Assembly (NCBI GenBank): GCA_964057225.1
Contig: OZ059895.1
Span: 5,952,001-6,016,000 of the forward strand
Reading direction: 5' to 3'
DNA: 64,000 nt
Source: Auanema rhodensis
Lineage: Eukaryota > Animalia > Nematoda
Below the pieces are notes generated by a model. That model was not told the origin of the DNA, did not search any database, and saw only the letters and a program-made list of their open reading frames with translations. Positions 14,027 through 27,341 of this stretch are shown one piece after another (the stretch's first letter is position 1; every line of letters starts with the position of its first letter). The position numbers and the translations under genes are program-made.

Positions 14027-15762
14027 ATGATAGCTCTACGAATTGTTCGTAGGCTGGGTACGTCAGCTTGGAATGCTTCTTCAATAGCGTCAACTACTCA
14101 AAACACAAACCCCAACCCATCTAGTACGACTTCTTCCAACCAAAAACCCGAAATCTTCAACGTATTTTTCCTTTTTGTTTGATCCATGAATAGTTGTCTT
14201 AGGCTGATGGAAAGTCATTTACCACTGATGAATCATGGAATCTCTCACCTGCAGTTCAGAAGTTAATGCAACGTAGGTTGTTGGATGAAGCATCAAATCC
14301 GTTAGCTCTTCTCAAACAAAGAATAATTAATCATGTTCATCAAACATATAGAAAACCAGGTTAGAAATTGATATTTCTGTTGTGTTCTATGCAAATTTCT
14401 ATTTATTTAAGGAAATAGATCACCCCTTTTTACAATCTGTGATAAGGAACCACGAGTAGTGACAACATTCGAAAATTTTGATTCTCTTTTAACCCCACTT
14501 GATCATGTGTCCAGGTAAGGCATAGTTTTTATAACGTGAAAGATGTTTTATAATCTAAGGAGAACTTCTGATACTTATTATGTGAATTCTGAAAATTGTC
14601 TTCGTGCTCATACATCTGCTCATCAACATCGTTTGGTGCAAGAAGGATTGAATGCTTTTCTTGTCATTGGTGATGTGTATAGACGTGATGAGATTGATCG
14701 ATCTCACTACCCCTGCTTCCATCAAGTAATAGTTCTATAATTTCCTTGTGGTTAATTTTTTTTGTCAGGTTGAAGGTGTTCGTTTATATAGCTCCGATGA
14801 ATTATTTAATACACGACCCGGCGAAGACTTACCTCTTTTTGAGTCTGGAGCTAGATCGACGGAAAAACAAGAAGAACTGACTTCCGACGCTACCAAGGCT
14901 TTAGAAATTCAGCTTAAGAGCACATTAGAGGTAATTGTAACCAATCATGAGCTTTAGTTCCCATATTTAGGGGCTGTGCGATGCACTTTTCGAAGAAGAA
15001 TGTGAGAAGAGATGGATTGATGCATATTTTCCATTCACTCACCCGTCGTATGAGCTGGAGGTTTGTCTCTCAGTGTTGATGAATAGCATTTTGCTGTTCA
15101 GATATTCTATCGAGGAAAATGGCTTGAAGTACTAGGTTGTGGTATAATGGAGCAGAAACTACTTAGATCTGCCGGTGTCCAAGATAAAGTAGGATGGGCT
15201 TTTGGAATAGGTTTAGAAAGAATTGCGATGGTTTTATATGGTATTCCGGACATCAGGTTATTAAAAATTGCGAATTCAAATGAACTTCTGAAATCTCTAG
15301 ATTGTTCTGGACGAAGGACACGGGATTTTTATCACAATTTGCAGGAAAATCATTTTCCGATAATATTAAATATAAAGAAATTAGTCTTCACCCTCAAGTT
15401 CGTCGATTTTTAAATAACCTTTCTGGATATATTAGCTATCTTCAGGTGATTTTCGATATATCTTTCTTTTTGCCTGAGAATGTCGCATTTAATGATATGA
15501 CTTCTAATGTTTATGATCTCATCAGATCGATTGGTGGAGATCTTATTGAACAGGTAGCGGAAAGTTTAAAGATATAACTAAATAATGGTTTAAGGTTACT
15601 TTATCTGACGAATTTACAAATAAAAAGAAAGGTACACGCAGTCAAACTTATAGGATTGTCTATAGAAGCCATGAAAAGGCTTTAACCAAAGATGAAGTTA
15701 ATGTAATTCACAAGAAAATTGAAAATCAATTGAAAGTGAACTATGATGTTACACTTCGTTGA
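14027..15762 (+). CDS. fars-2: Mitochondrial phenylalanyl-tRNA synthetase
   Basis: [83 protein letters not shown], plus FDX-ACB C-terminus. Confidence 0.95.
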
Positions 15763-15968
15763 TTTGTTATAGTTAAATTAGATATATCGCTAGATTTTTA
15801 AAAATAGAAATAGTTCAGCAAATATAGTAGGTATGTGCATTAGTTTACGATCCCAGAAAATATGATTAATTTTATTTCTAAATATAGTTACCGAACAAAA
15901 ACAGATTCAACTTAGATTTTAAATGTTTTGAATGTTATATTTGAAAGAAATACAAGCAATTAGATATC

Positions 15969-16143
15969 GGTAAAATGGGTTGCTAATGGTTGCGTCTGTC
16001 GGCTCAAATGAACTGGCGAGCCTTATGTTCAGTTGATGACAGAAGATGAGCGATTAAGTCTAGGCTGTGTGATTTGCTCGTCGTAGTATCACACATTGCA
16101 TAGTAAATTAGATTGAAGGCGTCTACCCTAATACCAATTTTTT
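15969..16143 (+). ncRNA. Candidate structured ncRNA (snoRNA-like or Pol III-type), unassigned
   Basis: GC-richer island with terminal stem, internal hairpins, ANANNA and ACA-like boxes, followed by a T6 run. Confidence 0.3.
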
Positions 16144-16861
16144 AAACTTCAAAGCTAAGAAACATTCTAGTTATCAAATTCTTTTATATTGTTTTTCTTG
16201 TTACAACCGTTTTCAAATTGTTTATTGTATATATCTATGTCTGTTGGATCTCTTGTTATAAACATTACTTTCCAATCGCAAAATTACTCATTCCATTTAC
16301 GGCTTATGTGCCTTTTGAATGATATCTTTCGTGTTTTTATTTTATCATGTACTCGTACTATATATGGATTGGATGCCTTTATATTCCATAACATAATTCT
16401 TTTGATTATTTTCTAATCATCGTTTTAAAGCATCATTTTAATCTTTTCGTTTCACATTCTATTTAAAATATTCATTGATTATGATTTTACTTATTATCTC
16501 CACGTAATGATGTATATCTTAATAGTAACTTGTTTGTAATCTTGTAAAAATGGAAGACGATTCAATTACTAGCATATGCACTGATTTTGCTCATGTTATA
16601 GACCAGATGTGGCGATAGAGGGTTAAGCTAGCATTTCTTGCGCAACGAACCAAGATCTTTCTGTATTACAGCTTACAACGAGTGAGTTTTCTTTAATTGT
16701 TTTAATGTTTATATTATTTTGTGAAATAGTGCTTTGGTTTCTTCTGAGAAGAGTTCGTTTTAGTTGTAATGTAATGTAGAGACTTCTATTTTCAACCTTT
16801 ATCTTATTACTCATCTCGCATATAACTTACACTATTTTCTTTCATTGAGGCCTCTCAATAC

Positions 16862-16879
16862 ATATATATATATATATAT
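16862..16879. repeat. (AT)n microsatellite
   Basis: atatatatatatatatat. Confidence 0.8.
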
Positions 16880-17439
16880 GAGAGTTAGTTTGTGTATTGT
16901 TCTAAACTAATGAGATCATTTAACCGATATGTTATATATAAACATCAAAAACAGTTACACATATCGGGAAAAGAACAGCATGACTTGGAAAATAAAGACA
17001 GGAAACGCCAAAAAATAAGAGAAAACTAAATCTTCGAGTATGAAAGCTGTAAATACATTCTTTTTGGCTCTATTTTGCTCGAATCTTGCAATTGGTCAGT
17101 TGATTTTTTGGTTTGTTGATTCGCATGAATCTCGCATGAATCAAATTTTGGTCAACTGAAATAAAATTCAGTTTGCTCTATTCATTCACAGAACGCAGAA
17201 GCTTATCTGCGAACTGAAAAGAAGAGAATCATGTGAAAAATATAATGAGAGGGTTGGCTGGCTTAGGTATGTCCTATGCCAATCCAGTTACGGCCTCGCT
17301 CGGGCTTCACTGTCCCTTGCTTTTACAAGAGATTCATATCAGATTTCAAGTGAAACCGTAGAGCTTGGAAGCTCTAGTGAGCGTTTCCTTCTAAGTCGTT
17401 TCATTTTCAGTAAAGACATTTCCAATTTGTGAAGCAATC

Positions 17440-20081
17440 ATGGTTAAACTTATAAAACTTCATACATGTATATTCTACTTGTGTGTATTCTGGCTAGTTG
17501 GTATAATATATATAGTAACATTACGAGATAAGCCATTAGCTTTGGAAGTAAGTTTTTATTTTACAATTAATGTATGTTTCGAATTTAGAATAATGATATG
17601 TTCGATGGTGGAGGAAAAAATGCCATTGTTCATGAAGTTCTTGCTCAACGCGACAATGATGCCGATGAAAGTATAAATAATGAAATATCCACATTAGCAC
17701 ATAAAGTTCCTGGTATATTTTAAAATTTTCAATGCTGAGAAAAAAAGATATTTTTTCAGCAGAAACCATATTAGTACCTAAGCCAGAGCCTAGTGTAACT
17801 TGGGAGGAATTTGACAGTGATGCTTATATTCATAAAGGTGCTTGGCATGAAGGAGAAGTACGATATTTTTAATTTTGTAGATTTTTTTGAAACTTTTTTT
17901 TTTCAGGACAAATATGCCAAAAATAAATTTAATCAAGCTGCTAGTGATAGCGAGAAAGTGAATAGACCTATTTTGGATAGTCGAGAGAAAGCGTTAGTTT
18001 TCTTCGAATTTTTAAATAATAATTTTTGATATATTAAGGTGTAAGTCATTAGCATATCCAGTATGGAAATTAGAGCCTACTTCAATCATAATAACGTATC
18101 ATAATGAAGCTAGATCTACGCTTCTTAGAACAGTAGTTAGTGCTTTGATGAGATCACCGCCTGATCTATTGAAAGAAATAATTCTTGTGGATGATGCTTC
18201 GGAAGATGGTATGGCCTAAAAGATTTATCTTATATGCATTTATGCTTCCTTTTAAGAATCGATTGGTAGAGAAATTGCTCAAATAGATAAAGTCTTCGTT
18301 TTGAGGAACGTAAACCGATCCGGACTCATTCGGTCTCGTGTCAGGGGTGCTGAATTTGCTACTGCGCCAATACTGACTTTCTTGGATAGTCATGTTGAAT
18401 GCAATGAACAATGGCTAGAACCTCTATTAGAAAGAATTCATATGGTTTTGTCTCTCGTTCTTCTTACAAATATTTTTGTTATAGAATAGGAAAGCTGTAG
18501 TTGCTCCCATTATTGACGTCATCAACCTTGATAACTTCCATTACATTCCAGCTAGTGCTGATCTAAGAGGAGGTTTTTGTTTTCTCAAAAAAGTCTAAAC
18601 AGAGATTGTATTTCCTACAGGATTTGATTGGAATTTGGTATTCAAGTGGGAGTTTCTCTCAGGGAAATTAAGGGATGATCGCCACAATAATCCTACTGAT
18701 CCAATCAAGTAAAATTCGAAAGAAATTTAGCAATAGATTGAATTTCTTTAGATCTCCAACAATGGCCGGCGGTCTATTTACAATTAGGAAAGATTGGTTT
18801 GAAGAGCTGGGTACGTATGATATGGATATGGAGATTTGGGGAGGAGAAAATCTAGGTGTTCATTGATTTACATTACTGTCAAACGTTGCATGTTTAGAAA
18901 TGTCATTCCGTGTTTGGCAATGTGGTGGTTCTTTAGAGATATTACCATGCAGTAGAGTTGGACATGTTTTTCGTAAACAACATCCATATACATTCCCTGG
19001 TGGATCTGGGAATGTTTTCCAAAAGTAAATTTTACTTCATTCACAAACATCAAAAATGAATATTATTTTATATAATTCTGTGCATTATTCAGAAACACGA
19101 GAAGAGCAGCAGAAGTTTGGATGGATGATTATAAATCAATTTATCTCAAGAATGTACCTTCCGCTCGCTATGTCAAATACGGAGAGTGAGTTAATATCAT
19201 TAATATTTTGTAATAATTCAATATTTTAGTGTTTCTGAGAGATTAGCTCTTCGTGAACGTCTTCAATGTAAGCCGTTCTCCTGGTATTTGAAGGAAGTCT
19301 ACCCTGAGCTGAAGTAATTTTGTCTAAATATACATGAGTTATCAATACGTATTAAGAGTTCCTGATAAAGATGTTGGACTTCTTTACCATATTAAAAATG
19401 GTGCCATGTGCTTGGACACTCTTGGACACAGAAATGGAGAAGCCCCGGGAGTTTATCAATGTCATGGAACTGGTGGAAACCAAGTGAGTTTTCTTGTTTA
19501 ATATTGGATAATTGCGTACGGGTCGTAGCATTGGTGATATTTGTATCTGGCATACGTGTCGTAGCTCGTAGTATTTATGTTGTATACAAATGACAGATCA
19601 ATTTATTTTTATTTGTTTTTGCAAATTTCAATAAGTATTCGTTTTCAATTTAAATAATTTTAATGCTTCTGACCATAGTGATTAAGTGCAGATAGTAATA
19701 TTAATTATTGTATTTTTCCTCATTTTGAACTAAATATTTTTCATCAGGAATGGGCATACGATATAAATCAAGGAGTTCTTCGTGGAACTATTTCCAAGTT
19801 ATGCTTAAGCTTACTTGACATTAACTATAATCCTCAAGTTGTTTTGAAAGATTGTAAATTGGTAAGTGCATATATCTTTTCAACTATATTAAATTATAAA
19901 AATTTTGTAGGGAGCACAACGTGTTCGCGTGGATAAGTCAACAGGATGGATTAGTCAAGGTGGATTTTGCCTATCTATGGTTAAAAGAAGTGACGAATGG
20001 AAACTAGAAGCTAACCAATGTGATGCCAAGGACAGTGCTCAACGTTGGGTTTTTGAGAAAGCTACACTTTTCCAAACTTAA
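17440..20081 (+). CDS. gly-4: Polypeptide N-acetylgalactosaminyltransferase (GALNT2-like) with ricin lectin domain
   Basis: N-terminal TM; YAKNKFNQ; [12 protein letters not shown]; FLDSHVECN; SPTMAGGLF; IWGGENLE; [33 protein letters not shown]; [10 protein letters not shown]. Confidence 0.92.
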
Positions 20082-20478
20082 GTTTTTTCTGACCATTCTA
20101 ATTTCTTTTTATTTATTGCCTTTATGTTTACTGGTAATTGTCAAGATATTTATATTATTAGACGATTGTGACTGCTCCTAAGGAATCGATATTTGCTATC
20201 AGTCTTATTGTGCCTTATTAATTGTATTAAAAAATAGCTTTCATTTTATTCGTGCCACTATTTTTTTCATGATTTTTCTTAATATTAAAGTTTTACACCC
20301 CCCTCTCATTTGCACGCTCGTAATTGCCTTCTAGTCTTGCCTACTATATTCAGCCTTAATTAGCCATATAATTGATAAATATGAGATTTCTATTTTTTCT
20401 GATATTATAACCGTCTTGTGCGGTTTTATATTTATTCATTTTTGAATAATCTTATAGCTAAACATAGGTAATTTTCAG

Positions 20479-21296
20479 ATGTTACGATTGGTACTGCTAG
20501 CTTCATGTTTTGCACTTTGTGGAGGCTTATACTTCCACATTGCTGAAACTGAGCGAAAGTGCTTCATTGAAGAAATTCCTGATGAAACTATGGTAACTTC
20601 GTTGTTATTTATACTAGAATAGTTGAAAATTTAATTTAGGTTACTGGTAACTACAAAGTACAGCTCTATGATCCTAACACTAAGGGATATGGAGATTATC
20701 CAAATATTGGTATGCATGTGGAAGTTAAAGATCCCGAAGACAAAGTACGTGCTTTTCTATTGTATTTTATAAATTTCATATTTTAGGTCATTTTATCCAA
20801 GCTTTACACATCAGAAGGACGTTTTACTTTTACCTCTAACACTCCAGGAGAGCACGTTATCTGTTTGTATTCCAACAGCTCTGCTTGGTTTAGTGGAGCT
20901 CAATTGAGAGTTCATCTCGATATTCAAGCTGGAGAACATGCTCAAGACTACCAGCAGGTATGCAACTTTTTCAATCTGTATATTTACAGTTAATATTTTC
21001 AGATTGCTGCTAGAGACAAGCTTAATGAGCTTCAACTCCGTGTTCGTCAGTTATTAGACCAAGTAGAACAAATTACCAAGGAACAAAACTACCAAAGATA
21101 CAGGTATTTGAAAAACATCCGTAAAGATTTTTATATAAATGTTGTTTCCAGAGAAGAAAGATTCCGTCAAACTTCTGAATCAACTAATCAACGTGTGCTT
21201 TGGTGGTCAATTGGTCAAACTCTCGTACTTATTCTTACTGGAGCATGGCAGATGAAACATCTTAAGGGATTCTTCGAAGCTAAGAAACTTGTTTAA
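20479..21296 (+). CDS. tmed-4: p24 alpha cargo receptor (TMED4/9-like)
   Basis: [70 protein letters not shown]. Confidence 0.92.
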
Positions 21297-21615
21297 TTTA
21301 TTGAATTGTGAATTTTAAATACAGAGTCATGTAGGTTAATATATTTTGTAAGAAGTCATGATTCTGGTTTGTTTTTACTTAGCTATACTTTTTAATGATG
21401 AGTCCAATTTTATCGGTTGGGGTATAAAAAAACATGTATTTTCTTTGTTTATTATGTTCAATTGTGATAATTTATTCGTTATATGTACTGTTTTCAAGTA
21501 AAATTTTCATGCTTGCTGAAGATTAAATATTCAGTTTTGCGGAGTTTTCTTTTTTCTCTGTATATCTCTTAGTTATATTTCGAATCTTTTCTGGCATGTC
21601 ATGCCTTAGATTTCT

Positions 21616-23276
21616 ATGGCCTTCCGGAGGCTTGTGAAAGGTCTTACATCACCTTGGTCTTTGGCATTCTCTGGCTTTGGTGTTGCTTATGGAGTTTATC
21701 ATATTTGGGAGTGAGTTATCAAGGAAATTTGTTCAAAAAAGAAAATTGATATTAAAGCTCAACACAATCAGGGACTAAATATGATTTAGAAGAAGATTTA
21801 ACCGGTAAAACCTATATCGTAACAGGGGCGACATCTGGTATCGGGCAGGTTTGATCTAAAAGGGAAATTGATGAATCACGTGGATGCATTTAGGCCACAG
21901 TGGAAGAATTAGCTAAACGTAATGCTCGGGTTATTATGGCTTGCAGGTTGTTATTATTATCATTTTACGTTGCTTTTTCTTATCTGTGTTCTTGACTTCT
22001 GTTTATTATCTTTTTGCTCTTGTAGAAACAGAGAAAAATGTGTACAAGTTCGAAGAGACGTGGTTTTAAATACTAGAAATAAGCAGGTAAATTTAGTTTT
22101 ATATAGTAAATGTTTTCCTTGCTTTTTAAAGGTATATTGTCGTCAATGTGATCTCGAAGATTTTGATAGCATCAGAGCTTTTGTTCAAAAAGTCAAAAAA
22201 GGTTTGATATTTTTTATTTTATCGACAAGCAAACTGTTTAAGGAAAGTTTGAGCTTGACAGAATCGATGGAATTGTCCATAATGCAGCTGTTATGACTTC
22301 AGAGCGTAAAGTCAACAAGGTCTTTTAACTATAAACTTCATATATTTCGATATTAACTTTCTTATAGGATGGTATAGAGACAACGTTGGCCACTAACCAT
22401 ATGGGTAGTTTCTTATTAACTGCCTTGTTGATGGATCAGCTGTTATCACAGAAAAACCCAGTCAGATTAGTTTTTCTTAATACTAATATCATCAATAGAA
22501 AGTAAGTCTTGTTCATTTTTTCTATGTATGTATTTTTTTCATAGCTGTGAAATTCAATTTGAAGACTTGAATGCTGAAAATCGAAAAAAATTCGATGGCT
22601 TTGAAGTTTACAAGCAATCTAAGTTGGCTTCTGCTATGTTTGCTTATGAATTGAGTGAACGATTAAAGAGTTAGTTAATATTTTATATTAATTATATTTC
22701 TTCGATTTAGACACTAACGTAACAGTGAATGTTGCTGATCCTGGTAGAACAAAATCTAATCTTAGTGCTCAAATGGATCATCAGACTTTCTTCCTTAGTC
22801 GATGGCTGTTGAAGGTGGTCAGGTTAATCATTTTATCTTATAAATTCTTCTTAATATTTCAAATTTCTCTAGTTTTGGTATGGGTGAGCGACGAACCGAA
22901 AAAGCTGTCCGTCCTGTACTGTACGCTTTATGTGATCCTGAAATGGAAAATAACACTGGCTTGTTCTTAGAGTATAATTTTAAATTTTTAAAATTTTCCA
23001 TTTTCGTTTATTTCAGTCGTGAGCGCCAAGAACAAAAGTGGGAATCAAATGTAGAAAATTCTGAGAACAGAAAGAAGTTATGGGCTACCAGTGAAGTTTG
23101 GACAAAGTTAGGATCTCACATGAATCAGGTTATTCTGAAGCTCAGTTATACAAATAATTTTTTTTATTTAGTTAAAACATGATCTTGGTGAAGCAACAAT
23201 TGCTCTAGAAGGACAAGTTGATTTAGCAAATTCCACTAATCATCAAAGAAGTTGGAAGACTTTATGGCTGTGGTGA
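21616..23276 (+). CDS. dhs-24: Short-chain dehydrogenase/reductase (retinol dehydrogenase-like)
   Basis: IVTGATSGIG, ARVIMACRN, HNAAVM, ATNHMG, YKQSK catalytic motif, DPGRTKSNL. The symbol rests partly on recalled adjacency to tmed-4. Confidence 0.8.
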
Positions 23277-23532
23277 TTCTATTGCTCTCAGTTTCATCTG
23301 AATATTGAATAGGCTTAGAGCTTTGTTATCAAAAAGAAAAGGATGTCGAGAGAAGTTTTGAGATCCATAGTCTAGATATATAGATGCCATGTTTCGTTAT
23401 CTTTTTGTTATTGTTTATGAAATTATTCTGTTATTATTTATTTAATCAAGCTAACGTTTTAAGGGTTTTCTTCCTTATAATATGTATTCAATATTTATAA
23501 TAGTATTTTAAAATATTTTAATTTGTTTTAGA

Positions 23533-24798
23533 ATGAGTAAGCCAGCGTCTCCGAATAGGTCGCCAGGTTATACACCGGATATGATAACTGGATTAGCAGC
23601 TGCTGTAAGATTCTATAAAACATATTACCATAATAATTACATTGTTTAGGCAGCTAGAACAATATTTTTTACAAAAACAAAGAAAATAGCAATATTCCTT
23701 TTCTGTTATGTAACAATTATGTCTGTTTTGCCTAACTTCTATTCTTTTGATAGTGATGGATATTTTGTACAGGTGGTTAATTTATTTTATTTGAAAAAAT
23801 TAACTTTTCTTTTATTTTAGAAACATAATATTTTTAATCAGTATGGTACGAAGCTTGGTTGGTTTTGGACCTTGGTTGTAGTAACACCTTTCGTGTTCAT
23901 TACCTCAACAGCAAAGTAATATATTTTATTTCTCAAACAAAAGTTATTACTTTTTAAATAACAGAATTTGAATTTTTCTAATTTCTTTCTTTCAAAATTA
24001 ACAACTTTTATTCTAATATTTAAACTTTATCTTTTTATTTCAGTGGAAAAGATCGTTTGAAGTCAGATTTGGGACGCATTAGTATTGCTACATTGTCCTG
24101 GTATTTAGTGACAACAGCGTAAATTTAAAATACATTATTCAAAAAGTAAGAAATAAATGTTTAGATTTCATAGTTTCTTGGAAAAAACCTCGTATTGTAA
24201 AGGAGCTGCTACAGTTTCACGTGGAAAGTGTAGCCAAAATAATGGCGTGTGGATTCCTGGTCAGTACTCTCTCAATATTTTTTGTTGTTTTGATAAATGA
24301 TATCAACGTTTCTATTTAGGAATTGATATCTCTGGACATGTATTTCTCATGGTTTATAGTATGCTGATCATGTGTGAAGAGGTTCGATGTTGAGTATAGT
24401 TTAAAAAGTAAAAAATCGCTTTAAGGCAAATGCGTTCAGACGTTGGAATTTGCTTTTCAAACAGCCGGTTAATGAGTCTCCATCAAAAAAGGCTGAGCTT
24501 GTACTTAAAACCAAGTACGCTACTTATACTTTTATCGCTATGTGTGCTCTTTTCTGCTTCTGGGTAGGTTCTTCACACTTTACACTTCAATATTCTTTGT
24601 TTCTAGTTCTTGCAAATAACAATATCGTGTATTCACTATCATATATGGGTGGATAAGGTAGAAATTTGATATTTTAACTTTCCATGCATCTATTTGCAGG
24701 TGATTGCTGCTGCTGTTGCCATCGGTATTTGGCATGTAACTTATAACATATTTTATACAAATGGATTTTTAAGCACTCCTATTAATAGAACAGCTTAA
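23533..24798 (+). CDS. fitm-2: Fat storage-inducing transmembrane protein / acyl-CoA diphosphatase (FIT2)
   Basis: KHNIFNQYGTKLGWFWT; C..(W)IPGIDISGHVFLM; CIHYHIWVDK; multiple TM segments. Confidence 0.88.
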
Positions 24799-25099
24799 AT
24801 GATTTTAAACCAAAGCTTTAGATGAATTTTGTTCAAAGAAACGTTCAAATCTGCTAGTGTTCCATGATTCGAGTATTTAATATCATATGCGCGTGCTTGC
24901 TCAATATTAACTCTTCGTAAGAGACTTAAATGCCAAATATTTATAAATTTATATCTTAAAACTTCGATAGGAAAATCTGTTTTCTATTGTTTTCCTATAA
25001 TTTCTATTTGTAATAATTGCTTTAGACTATATAAAGTTTTTGTACTTATATACTTTTATTGTTGAGTAATATGTAGAAGAATGCTTTGACTGTCCATTG

Positions 25100-25670
25100 C
25101 CTTAATCCCTCATAGTCTCTTCCTCCACCTTGGATGCCACAAAGTGTTGTCGCATTAGGCTCGAGGACATTGACTTGTTCTTCTCCTCATTTACGACGAT
25201 GTCACCATGTTCGTTGTATTCAACTTGCGTCTTCGCGTATTTCGAGGATGCCAACTCTTATAGCATCCCAAAACGTACACAGACTGAAATTCTCAACGAA
25301 TTAACAGCCTTCAATAGACAGCTACCGTATTCGCGTAATCGAAGTTGACATCTTAGCCAGAGAGTAAATTGAGGGTATGCAATCTCTGACAGGAAAGACG
25401 ATGTTATGGCTTCGTCTTTCCTGTTCCTCGAGCTTTCTTGAAGAGTTACAGGAGAAATATCTGAAGGAGCATTTAGCTCAGAGAGGAGTCAAGAAACAAA
25501 GAAAACATAACCATCTCCATAAGGAACCAGTGGAAAATTCTATGGACAGCTGGTTTCTTGACTTCTTCTTCCACAATCTGTCCTGTTATAAACGGGAAGT
25601 GAAATCAGAGAAGATGCCAAGCGTCGTTACGCATTTCGTAGTTAATTGCCACGGTGTATATAATTAGTGC
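25100..25670. other. GC-richer, coding-like stretch with interrupted frames (possible pseudogene or TE remnant)
   Basis: Composition differs from neighbouring intergenic DNA. Short frames on both strands, no recognised motif. Confidence 0.2.
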
Positions 25671-26974
25671 TAATCCTAGTTTTGTTTCTGCTAAATATTT
25701 GACCTTAGAAATAGCTTTTCGTCTTCGAAGCTGATGGTTTTAGAGTATTTTGAAACGATAGTTATGTAATCACAATTGGTTAATGCCAGAATAACCATAT
25801 GGAGAAGTATTTCAACCTTGTCATCATCATCGTCATAGCTATATACGAATTATATCATATAAGTGTGTAAAAACATAAAGATATTGATAAACCATCTGTA
25901 TTTTTGAATTTTCTGAAGAAAAAAATTCAAAATCACAGCATTATCAGTGTTAAAATCAAACAGACTTAAATACAAGTTCCTGGTGCAAAGATCTCCACCG
26001 TATCTGCCGTACTAGCCTCAGCTGGCATTTAAAGATGCAACATTCTGTTTGTCCTTCTATACCTATGTATGTATATACATATTTGATATATATGTATTAG
26101 TTAATTAAATTATGTAATTCAGTTCTTATGTTTTACATTCAACTTTATTCGTCTTCGATAGAATATAGTTTAAGGCTGCTTCAGTCTCGTTACTCACCCT
26201 TTATATTCCAAGTTAAGTTCACATACCCCATTACTGATTTGTGCCCTTTACAGAACTACGATTTGTATTTCATAGGAATGAGGAAGAATCTTTGGCCGTT
26301 TTCCCCTCAGGTAATGGGTGTAAGCTTGAAAAAGACAATTTTTTCGATAATTAGCTCGCGATCCTAATGATCTTGATTAGATGTTCATCGACCAATAGGA
26401 AGGATTGGATATTTAATACCGGGAACATCTTTGATAATATTTTAATGAGCTTTGGTGAAGTGCCGATATTTTGCTCCAGGTAAAACTTTTTCACCTGAAA
26501 TTTCGTGATTCCTTCAAACAAAATGTGACTGACCAAGCTTGTATAGGCGGTTGACTAGACAAAACCACGTACGATTTTCTACCTGATTGAGCACAATCAA
26601 ATGATGCGCTTAGAGCTTCGCTTCATTTAAGTAAATTAAAGCACTTATCTAGCGAAAATAGAGGAAAATAGTAGTCATTTTCAAATGTTCAAAATGACTG
26701 TCTGATATTTGATATTAAACATCATTACACGATAGAAATTATGTTTTGTGTTTTGCTGTCTATGGTGATGAGAATTCATGTTGCATTGTCTCTAGGAAAT
26801 GTCTATGACTTTCATGAATGTACATAGATGTTTAAGAAGATGGCATTTCATCATTCTATTCCAATATTTACTAAGAAATCATTGGATACATATATGTATT
26901 ATTATTGTTTTTTCTTTAATGTGTTTCAATTACTAAGTTTAAAAAAATTATTCATTTAAAGTATTTAATGTTTT

Positions 26975-27004
26975 AGAGAGAGAGAGAGAGATAGAGACAG
27001 AGAG
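26975..27004. repeat. (AG)n microsatellite, imperfect
   Basis: agagagagagagagagatagagacagagag. Confidence 0.75.
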
Positions 27005-27341
27005 GTCATATATTGAAAGAGTATTTCTAAGAATTATAGAAATATAAACTTTTTCCTCTTCTTTCTCTCTCTTTCCGAGTTATCTTTCTGATTATATGTA
27101 ACTGTCAGCAGGAAGGTCTCCTCCCGCCTCAAAGCTCCACCCCTTTTCCATAATTGGTTCTAACCAGGCCGCTCCTCCTCTCCCTCTTAGCCTGGCTTTT
27201 GTCTTCCTCTGTATATATTTACTACCTCTCTCAATCTGACAGTCTTCTATACTCAGAGAATTCTGAAGTTTCGTTTTGTTTCTTCACGATACCAGTTCTG
27301 ACACTTCTATCTATTTCGAGTTCTAAGCTCTATTTCTTGTC

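Noticed and set aside
16055-16062. TAAGTCTA could template TTAGAC telomere repeats
   Set aside because: An 8-nt match is expected by chance, and the window gives no evidence that this species uses TTAGAC.
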